Positions 24,635-35,800 of a DNA stretch of 64,000 bases are shown here, piece after piece. The notes under the pieces were generated by a model that worked only from the letters and a program-made list of their open reading frames with translations, made no database searches and had not been told where the DNA came from. The stretch lies in NCBI RefSeq assembly GCF_003918875.1, contig NW_025764892.1, forward strand, positions 1,984,001 through 2,048,000. The letters run 5' to 3'. Both the position numbers and the translations under genes were made by a program. This stretch comes from Haliotis rubra (Eukaryota). Positions within the stretch are counted from its first letter, which is position 1; each line of letters opens with the position of its first letter.

Positions 24635-25852
24635 ACTTTTTTTTTTCTAAACGCTGATGATTCACCCTGCAAAACAAGCCGGCGTCTGGGAGAGAGAATG
24701 GCTGTACAAGATCTGCGTCTCGGGTTATACGAGGCAATATGATAACTCGCTGTGACGTTTATATCGTCTTGTCGACAGTGCGTGACAAAGACTAACAGAT
24801 TCTATCTGTCTGTGGTCAATATCTGACAATTAACCCGCGGGATTTACCCAGTCGTGCAGTCTTAACGGCAGGCTTTTCGCCTTGGCATGATAGCAGGAAC
24901 AATGACAAAGGTGCAAAACACGTTTCAATGGGTATAATGCCTATTCGCCAGTCAAGTCCGATATAAACATGTCCACACGCTAATATAATTTAGCACTCAA
25001 CCAATAATATATTATTATGTTTATATTATAATGCATGGTCATAAGAACACAATAATCAGGGCGGACCCAGAGGGGTGCGGGATCCCCACCCGAAAAATAT
25101 TCCCTGAGGTGACATTTTCCCTTAACCTTTAGAGGTCATGATATATGTATACATACAAGCCCAAAAACCACAATATATGAATAGTTCGACAGATTCTTCA
25201 ATTCTGACATTTTTCTTGTGCAGATTAAACTTTTATATTTGTACATATTTGGCCATTTAAAATAGAATTCATTTCTATAAAGACGACGTTCTGTTTCAAA
25301 GGCTGTACATCTAAATAAATAGTGTATTTCATCTGCAATGGCTGGAGAATCGCACAGAGGACAGGTTCTGTCCTCACGGGATAGGCCACGCCATCTGCCT
25401 GTTTCTACTGGAAGATCGTGGTTACTTAAATTGTTCCTAATTTCAAAAGCGGGAGATATAATGATTTTTGAGAAGTAAAAATTGTTCGAAAGACGGGATT
25501 TCTTTAATTAGTTTATAATTAATTCCTTTAGAACTATTACTAACGGAACTTCGCCAAAATTGAATGGAATGATCTCTTAAGGTGATTTCTACTTGTGATG
25601 AAACCCAGTTGGGAGAATAATTCTATGGATTTCTGAACACATCACTCAGTCGGCATCTATTCAATATATTCTCTACATTTTTAAGCAAAACATTTTCTTT
25701 ACCTTTTTTTGATTTTATCATACATCAAATAATCGAGGATTGTTTTCGATATCTTACTTTTATTACTGTTCAATGTGTTATGCCAAAACATGATAGTTCT
25801 CTTCGCTATTATAATGTTCATTGGTTATCTCCCTAGCTCGCCATATATAAAG

Positions 25853-26024
25853 ACTGACTGACTGACTGAGTTTGGTTTTACGCCGCTTTAAGCAATATTC
25901 CAGCAACATCACGGCGGGGGACACCAGAAATGGGCTTCACACATTGTGCCCATGTGGGGATTCGAACCCTGACCTTCGGCGTGACGAGCCAACGCTTTAA
26001 CCACTAGGCTACCCCACCGCCCCC
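25853..26024 (-). mobile_element. tRNA-derived SINE family B, full-length copy
   Basis: TSD ccatatataaag; A/B boxes; (TCAG)n tail. Confidence 0.92.
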
Positions 26025-26225
26025 CCATATATAAAGAAGTTTGCTGTAGAGTACGATGACATGTCTCCATGAAGTTCCAATTGTTTCCATAGAGACCAAA
26101 ATAGTTATTATGATATAAAAATATCTATCCAAGTATGACTTTTCAAGAGCTAGGGCTTGTAAACGTATAAATATGTAAATATTAACCAATGTGGTAGAAT
26201 CCTAGCGTTTTCATATTTTACCTAA

Positions 26226-26468
26226 CCCATGAAGATCCGGGTTAGAATTGGTCTTTGGTAACCCATGCTTGTCGTAAGAAGCGACTAACGGGATCGGGTG
26301 GTCACAGGCTCGCTGACTTGGTTGACACATTGTCATCGTATCCAAATTGCGTAGATCGGTGCCCACGCCGTTGGTCTCTGGATTTTCTGGTGCAGACTCG
26401 ATTATTTACACACCGCCGCCATATAGCTGTAATATTGCTGATTGCGGCGTAAAACTAAACTCACTCAA
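26226..26468 (+). mobile_element. Short retroposon family A, copy
   Basis: Matches the family consensus from cccatgaagatcc to aaactcactca. Confidence 0.88.
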
Positions 26469-26892
26469 TCTTATTTTACCTGTACATACCAGAGAGACAG
26501 ACAGGGCATATTTTTCATCACCAGAGAACTGGTCTGTATACCCACGGAGATCCGTACTTTGCATATTTTGTCAGACTCGTACCCAGATGTGTCCTTACCT
26601 ATTAAATTGGATGTCTCGTATTTTCACTCAACATATTTCTTTTGCATACTGATCTTTCTTTGAGTTACCTTCCGCAATTAGTTGATATTCCTTGATTTGA
26701 AACTTTTCAAAGCTGCCTTAAATTCAGCTCACTCCCTTGCTCATAAATAGCGTCAGCACATACGGCGAGCGTCAAAATATATTAGCGGTATATATCTAAC
26801 AGTAACAGTGTTGAGAGTGGCCTCCCTTGGAACTTGACTCGAAACGTGGAAAGTGTAATATTTTAATAGGATTGTTTCCTAATTTGCTTATA

Positions 26893-29800
26893 ATGGCTGG
26901 TGCAACAAGACATCTTTATAAGTTTATTGGTAATTAGAGATTAAACAGATACAATTCTCACTGAAGTAGTGACATGCAGTACACGTGTAGCATAATAAAG
27001 CACACAACACTGTGTACACATGTTCATGAGGTTACTCAGTACATGAAAAATCCCCGACAAGGTTTGTGCCAGCCGACCTGAAAATGACAAACCAAGCTCC
27101 CTACTCAGCTGCTACGTGACCGAATGGGTGTCTTTAAACACTATTTTATGACATGGTATGAATGTATCAATTAGGCAGTATGCACGGTAACATATCAGTT
27201 TGGGGAAACCTACCGATCGGCCTATAATAGGCCAAACGGGATATTATAGGCTGTTCTGCCTATTCAGCCTATAATTATGATATTTATCAAATAAATTTGA
27301 AGTAGTGCATTTCCGCATGAAGATATTTACATCATTCAAGTTTTGATGTCCTAAGGTTTTTATTCAAACCCTTTTTGAGAATTTTCATCACATAATAAAG
27401 GAGTTTGGAAATTGATAATTAAAGATAAGTCTATAATACTGAAAATTAATGACATAGATATTCAGTTTCAGTTTTCAAAAGGAGAATGTATGCAAAATTG
27501 TGTTCTTAATGAAACATCTTTTCCTGAACATGCTATAAATTTCCATTTTGACCAGAAACTTATTTTTTTCAAGCTGAGGAGGTCCATTAACAATTCATCT
27601 CTATTATCATATAAAACCATTTTGTGCGGAAATTGATAGCTTGTGAAATAATTAGAAAAATGTTCAAATATAGCCCGATCGGCCTATAGCAAAATAGGCA
27701 GAACAGCCTATAATATCCTGTTTGGCCTATTATGGGCTGATCGGTAGGTTGCCCCAACCTGATTATAGGTATTGTCTGATACACTGCTTTTGGACGTCAG
27801 TGCTTACTCTCAGTAATATGATAGGGGTTGTCAAACATACATTATAAATACTTAGATGATGGCATATGTGCTGGAGAGCATAAATAAGTTACTCACATGT
27901 TTTAACCCCTCAACACGAAGATATTTATTGAACAATTGGACCCCTATCAGTATTTTGGGAATACAAATCTAGACTAAACATTTGTGAATGTCACAACTGC
28001 TCTAAAGGTGCTAAAGTACTGTCGGAAATGCTAGAAAAATGCTTTTTAGCCTTAATACTTTGATAAAGGTGATAAATGTACTATGTTGTCAATATATCAA
28101 CTCGCCTATAGTGTACCTAATTTTTATTTCAATCGATTTAACATTCCCATGCATTTAAAGGGCAGTTTACGGGAGAGAATATGGTACCAAAACAACAACT
28201 TAAGATTTTTTCAGAGTTCAGCAACAGAAATCTGAAATAGTCTTTACATTTACCGGTATGCTAATAATACAGGTGGTATAAAAATATGAATCAACGTTTT
28301 TCTTTAACAAATAAATGTTGAATATTTGTGTTACTTTACTTAATTATCGTTTCTTTATTGAAGAAATATTAATATAAATGTTAAGTCTTGATAAATAAGT
28401 TTCCCGTCATGCATGCACATCTTTATCACAGCGTCCATTATGGCCAACTATTTGCAGTCAATTGTTGCAAAGGTTTATAAGTTTATTGTGCTTGAAAAAG
28501 ACAGAGGTAAACCTTTCATTAGTTTAGAAAGGGTTTATTACAGAACTTGTAGAGCTGTTGGTATGTCTTACCAACAAGTTTACAATATTGTAAACAAATC
28601 AGACAAGACAGGGACGGTCTCAAAAGCAAAACCGGGACATAAAACCATCCTTGACAACTTTGACAAGGGAGTACTTAGACGGGCGGTCTACAAACTTTAT
28701 GAGGAGAAGAATATATATATTCTAAAGAAGCTACACCAGTGACTTCGTTAAATCTTTGGCCAATGTTCACAACTAGAATAAATTGACTGAATTACATCCA
28801 TATTTTTGCAATGAAATATACTGTTGACATGCAAAACATTTATTAAAACGTTGCACATTTCTACAATCAATTGATAAGATAACACAAGTGATAGGAATCT
28901 CTCCAATGTACAGTAATTCGTATGTTTATTTCAAAACAAACACACATACACACATACACAAATGATCCCTTACATAACCAATACGTATACTATACGTACA
29001 CATATTCAACATTTTGAAGAAAACATCTATTGAGATGACCCCTTCCCCGAGCGTGTGCTCAGGTGTCAATTTCACCTGTCGATACCGTGCATGCTGATGA
29101 CGTAACACAGGCAGTTAATGTTTGTATCAAATAACGTCCCACTACCCGTTATTTTTCTAAGTTTTTGGTATTTTCATCAGTAAAAACACATTTTAGGGCA
29201 TGTCTCAAAATTTATTCCCTCGGTCTTCATTAGGTAGATGTTTCTTAAAGTGATATTTGTTATTTATGTAACTGTAATACCTCTGAATTTTAAATATAAG
29301 TCAAAAAGCATTTTTCTAGCATTTCCGACAGTACTTTAGTGTGTTTGGTTGCCACAGCATATTGAACCTAATAAGATAACCTCTCTGTCACATCACGATA
29401 TTGCTAGTGTGGCTTTATACAATAACAAATGGATTGTTTACAAAATATTGTACTATTTTCGTTTTATATTTATATGTCTATGTCCGAAACTCTTTGGTAT
29501 TGAATTCATGTGCAGCTGTTCATTTATTTTTGTTTTCATTCTGGACATCTAGATATTGGAGCCAACTTGACAGGTAATTCTTAGTTTAGACCATAATTAT
29601 TTAACATATATATTTATATTCTTAAAACTGGTTCTTGGATTCATGTGAAACCTTCAATAATTTCTTATTATTTATGTTCTTGCCATCTATTAACTGTTTT
29701 CATACACCAATAAGTTTGTAAATTAAGTGAAATTCTCTCAGCCTCTTCTCTTGTTTCAAGAATAACTTGTATTCACAATGTATATTATTTAGATCCAGTA

Positions 29801-32800
29801 TTCAGAGGAGTTTACCATGGGTCCAAGAAGCATGAAGGTAAGTAATTTAAAGGACTCTAACATATAACACTGTAATCTCTAAAGCAGCTGATACGATTTG
29901 CTCTAAAGAATTATCATCGTTTCAAATTTGTCTTTGAAAGCCTATCCAGTAGCAGATTCATTAACTTATTAAAAGGTGTAAAAGCCACTCACATCCTCAC
30001 ACTGCTTGGTTGCAATTAAAAATTGCTATCTCATTTGGTGCAGATGACTTCAAGGATGTACTGCAGAGGGCCTTCGATGGTGGCTTGCAGAAGGTAACCT
30101 TTGTGATGTGATACATATTATCTCCAAAAATATACAAGGGTGTTTTAATATCTCAGTATGCTTGCAGCTACATTTCACTTAATTGTGCAAAAGAATACAA
30201 CATGAGAGAAAGAAGGGGCTGAGTTTTATGGAGTACAATCCTATTAGATTTTCCTGAATTTCTCTTTTGAATTGATTTCTCTTTTGAGTTGCACGTGAAG
30301 AGTAAATGCATCAGACGGCTTGATTCAGTGATGAAGTACACTGTGGACCATCACTAATACTTTATAAGTTTGTATACATTACCTGTGAATATATATCAGT
30401 CTATGAAATAAGCCAAAAACCCAGCCAGACATCAGGGCTGGTATCTTCAAAATGTTACCAGTCCAAAATGGATTTAACCAGACCAGACACCAAGATATGG
30501 CTCTTGATATAACATCTAAGTTTTTACCAGCCCATCGGGCTGGCTAGCTGTAAAGCTAGACTCTCCGTCTGAAATCTAACCAGTCTTGGTTGGTCGAACG
30601 GGCCTTATTTCATTCAGTTTTGACCAATGAAGGACATAGCTTGGTTCAAGGTGATGGTCACTGGCCAATGCTAAGCCACTCATCATTCTAATTACCATTA
30701 CATCTCACAAACAGAAATATTTCAACATGTGCCAAATACTTATAACAGGCAGTTGTGGGGTTCTCAAAAAGGAATGCATGGATTAGGGCTCATTTGTCCT
30801 CCATGAGTAATGAATGGGCTCATTTCAGCAGCTGACTTATAAGTCACAAATGTCAGCACTACATAAAGTTGTATTTAGGTAGGGTTGATGGAGGAACATA
30901 GTGTTTACAACCTCTGCTATGTATTGATGAGTGTATCTTGTACTGGTCCAGACTTACTTACACCCCCGTAGCCACAATGTTACTGACTGCAGAGTGAATC
31001 AACGTTCTTGCTCTCATTTCCAGATCATGATCACAGGTGGCTCTCTGAAGGATGCAGCTGAAGCCCTAGAGCTGGCCAAGACAAATGGTGTGTGTATTTG
31101 GATAATGTGGTAGACCCATGGACTTTAACGGGCCATGTCCTGTAGGTTGAGACAGTTGCAGGCCATGCCCTGTAGGTTGAGACAGTTACAGACCATGTCC
31201 TGTAGGTTGAGACAGTTACAGGCCATGTCCTGTAGGTTGAGACAGTTACAGGCCATGTGCTGTAGGTTGAGACAGTTACAGGCCATGCCCTGTAGATTGA
31301 GACAGTTACAGACCATGTCCTGTAGGTTGAGACAGTTACAGGCCATGTGTTACAGGCCATGTCCTGTAGGTTGAGACAGTTACAGGCCATGCCCTGTAGG
31401 TTGAGACAGTTACAGACCATGTCCTGTAGGTTGAGACAGTTACAGGCCATGTCCTGTAGGTTGAGACAGTTACAGGCCATGTCCTGTAGGTTGTTACAGG
31501 CCATGTCCTGAGACAGTTACAGGCCATGCCCTGTAGGTTGAGACAGTTACAGACCATGTCCTGTAGGTTGAGACAGTTACAGGCCATGTCCTGGAGGTTG
31601 AGACAGCCATAGGCCATGCCCTGTAGGTTGAGACAGTTACAGACCATGTCCTGTTACAGGCCATATCCAGTTGAGACAGTTACAGGCCATGTCCTGGAGG
31701 TTGAGACAGTTACAGGCCATGTCCTGTAGGTTGAGACTACAGGCCATGTCCTGTAGGTTGAGCCACAGTTACAGGCCATGTCCTGTAGGTTGAGCCATGT
31801 CCTGTAGGTTGTTACAGGCCATGTCCTGTAACTGCCTCTGTCGGTTGAGACAGTTACAGGCCATGTCCTGTAGGTTGAGACAGTTACAGGCCATGTCCTG
31901 TAGGTTGAGACAGTTACAGGCCATGTCCTGTAGGTTGAGACAGTTACAGGCCATGTCCTGTAGGTTGAGACAGTTACAGGCCATGTCCTGTAGGTTGAGA
32001 CAGTTACAGGCCATGTCCTGTAGGTTGAGACAGTTACAGGCCATGTCCTGTAGGTTGAGACAGTTACAGACCATGTCCTGTAGGTTGAGACAGTTACAGG
32101 CCATGTCCTGGAGGTTGAGACAGTTACAGGCCATGTCCTGTAGGTTGAGACAGTTACAGGCCATGTCCTGTAGGTTGAGACAGTTACAGGCCATGTCCTG
32201 TAGGTTGAGACAGTTACAGGCCATGTCCTGTAGGTTGAGACATTTACAGGCCATGTCCTGTAGGTTGAGACAGTTACAGGCCATGTCCTGTAGGTTGAGA
32301 CAGTTACAGGCCATGTCCTTGAGAGACAGAGACAGTTAGGTTGAGACAGTTACAGGCCATGACCTGTAGGTTGAGACAGTTACAGGCCATCACCTGTAGG
32401 TTGAGACAGTTACAGGCCATGTCCTGTAGGTTGAGACAGTTACAGGCCATGTCCTGTAGGTTGAGACAGTTACAGGCCATGTCCTGTAGGTTGAGACAGT
32501 TACAGGCCATGTGCTGTAAACACTTCTTCCATTTGTATACTGGCTTTGATCCCAAAATAGAGATAATCATGGACTCACAGTCGTGCATGAATTAGCTGTC
32601 TGTTTCTTGATTGGTGTGGAGGTGTTGGCTGCACTCTACTAGGTGTTAGTGTAAGATGCTGGTGTTAGTGTAAGATGCTGGTGTTTGTATTGCAGATAAC
32701 CTGTACAGCACAGTGGGGTGTCATCCAACTAGGTGTAAGGAGTTTGAGAAGAGTGGTGACCCCGACAAGTACCTTGCTGACCTCATGGAGATGATCTCAC

Positions 32801-35800
32801 AGAACAGGAACAAGGTGGTGGCAGTTGGGGAGTGTGGACTAGGTAGGAGACTTATCTAGTGACTATATAACCAACAACTACATCTACAAGGAGATTCATA
32901 GTCCTAAGATGACTGAGTCCTATCATGAGTACATTCATACTTGCCCATATGAAATTCATTGTGTGTAATGTAAACATTTCCTTAGAGCACTGGTAGTGGT
33001 TTCCAGTTATCATTATTTCTGGATTTGTTGAATGGACATGATTACACTTCTTTTATCAGAATAAGATAATTACAATTCTGAGATATATCTTTGTAGTGAG
33101 ATAGTTTTCACCTTTTTAAATAAGTGAGAAAAATATCCTGTTCCATAGAAATACCTTAAAACAAAGTTGTGTTTCAGTAATACATATCCATTATAGCTCT
33201 GTTTCTCTTTAACAGATTCCCAAGAGTGAGCCATGCTTTCCTGATATGGATTCATGAAGTAACATAATTATGCTTGTCTTGTTTTCAGATTTTGACAGAT
33301 TACAGTTTTGCCCCAGAGAGACACAGCTCAAGTGAGTAGATGTTATTACTGATATGTACCAGTAACTAAATATGAAAATAATTTCTGAATGTTGTAAACA
33401 AAAAGACTATCATGTTCTGAGGGTACAAGCATTTAGAATCTGACCACTATTTTCAGGTATTTTGAGAAGCAGTTTGACATCACTGAAGCAATCCATTTGC
33501 CAATGTTTCTGCACTGTCGCAACTCAAGCACAGAATTCCTAGACATCATCAGCAGAAATAGGGACAGGTTCAAAGGGGGAGTGGTAAGGTTGCTCGTCTT
33601 GCTGGTACTGGCTCAATGGCCAACATGTCTTACATTAGTTCTGAATTGTGTAGAAATTGTATAAAAGTTTTCAACAAGATTTGAAAAGTTCAGCTGATAA
33701 TTTATCAAACTTCTTCAGCCATGAAAATCTGTTAATGACACATGAACAACTGTATTAAGTACTTATACTTCTCGGGTCACTACCTTTCTCTGTCAGAGGG
33801 ACCCGTGAAGGTCTGGGTTAGAATGAACCTTCAGTAACCCATGCTTGTCGTAAGAAGCGACTAACGGGATCGGGTGGTCAGGCTCGCTGACTTGGTTGAC
33901 ACATGTCATCGGTTCCCAATTGCACAGATCGATGCTCATGCTGTTGATCGCTGGATTGTCTGGTCCAGACTCAATTATTTAGAGACTGCCGCCATATAGC
34001 AGGAATATTGCTGAGTGAAACTAAACTCACACACTCACTATCAGAGAGATTTATTGTGTTTGACATGTACACGTCTGTCTGTTAGTGTCTTTTCCTGCTT
34101 ACAGTCAGAAGATATGGCAAAAAATTATTTAGTTGAAACAAGTCATAATTTCTTCTTCTTTGTTGAAACTCACAAGCTTGGTTTGGTACTGACAACCTTG
34201 TGTCATAACCAATGGTTTGAACCTGAGATGAGCTGATCCTGGCACAGCAGGGGGAAGTAACCCCTTGTCACAAGGGTTATGCAAAGTAGGACTCACTTGA
34301 TGTCTGATGTCATCAATGATGTTACTATAAATAGCAATGTGACCGTCTGCTTTTTGGATGACAGACATCTTTCCTACCATTGCAGGTGCACTCCTTCACA
34401 GGGACGAAGGAGGAGGTGGCTGCAATGCTGGACCAGGGCCTGTATATAGGAATCAATGGCTGGTGAGGCTTTGCTAGACTAACTGGTAGTCCCAGTAGTT
34501 ACTTTGTATCCCAGCACCAGAAGTGAACTAGTTTTCTTGTGGAAGATAACAGACTGGATCCTAAGGGAAGACTAGACTTTCTGCATTTAGATATTTTGCT
34601 TTGCAAAACCGTTTGGGCAGAAAGGAAAATAATGTGATTGAGGGGACTGTGAGACAGATTATAGGCTATCATCCTTTTGCCATTGAATTCGCCTGAGTTT
34701 GTTTGTATATTAAAATTAGATACATGCTATTCATATCTTTTGCCAAAACTAAAAAATCAGTTTTTGAGCATGTTGACAGACATTCAATCATCTGCTTTTA
34801 TCTACTTGTACTGCAATGATGAAACTAGCATGCACATTAAGGTAAAAAGAAAAGAAAAGAATTTCGAGACATCATTTTTGGCCATGTATGTTACATTTAC
34901 TGTGGATGAGACCTTAACATATGACAGATGTTTAGTTCTTGCCTAACACACAACTTTTCATCTCAGCTCTTTGAAAACACAAGAAAACATTGAAGCAATG
35001 TGTACCGTCCCAACAGAGCGCCTGATGATAGAAACAGGTAAATCATGGATAGAAGCAGTAAATACAGGGATGAGAATGAAGTTTTAAGAAAAACTCTGAA
35101 AACTAGCGGAAGCTCCTGATATTTACTCATTTTAGACCTTTAAAACTGGCTCAGAAATGACAATATGAACACAGCAACCATTAAAAAACTTTAAATCTGC
35201 TGAAGCACATTCATACAATTGTCAACAGATTTAAATGATTCACAAAAATGACCCTTGGCCTTATGAAATTCCCGGAATTCCACGGATCCGCAGAAAATTC
35301 TCATCCCTGTAAATATATGTGCAGTAGCAGCTGAACTCATTAACCTGCAGAAAAATAACCTAGTGCAACCTTAGGTAGAAACCTTGTTGCATCAGATAAA
35401 AACAGGTTGCACCTGCTGCTCAATAGAAAATCTTGTATAAAATATGATGCTTGAGTTTTGGTAATGATAGTTTAGAACATTATAACAAAAGAAATCTGGG
35501 ACTGATAAGATTAGTTACCTTACTTTTTCTTAAAATTTCATGAACAGTAAGTCCTTCAGTCACTGCTCATACAGTCATCAGAGTCACTCTTCCAAGTCAG
35601 TTTCTCATCATCCTGTTTTCCAGCTGAAGTCTCAAAAATTGACTTGCATCTGGCGCAAGTTAGACTAATAACTAGGTGGCATTTTGTAATATTGGGTTGC
35701 ACCAGTGCAAGTAACAAAGCACTAAATAGAGCCCTGTAACCAGAAAGATTTCAACCTAGATAAGTGTAACTATTTCAATTTTTTGTAACAAAAAGTGAGA

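Noticed and set aside
31031-32595. Cys-rich [10 protein letters not shown] ORFs resembling metallothionein or antifreeze repeats
   Set aside because: Translations of an intronic 30-bp minisatellite with frame-breaking indels.
33802-33868. Family A 5' module as an HDV-like, twister or pistol ribozyme
   Set aside because: Stem order and conserved nucleotides do not fit those consensus models by eye; kept as an unassigned candidate.
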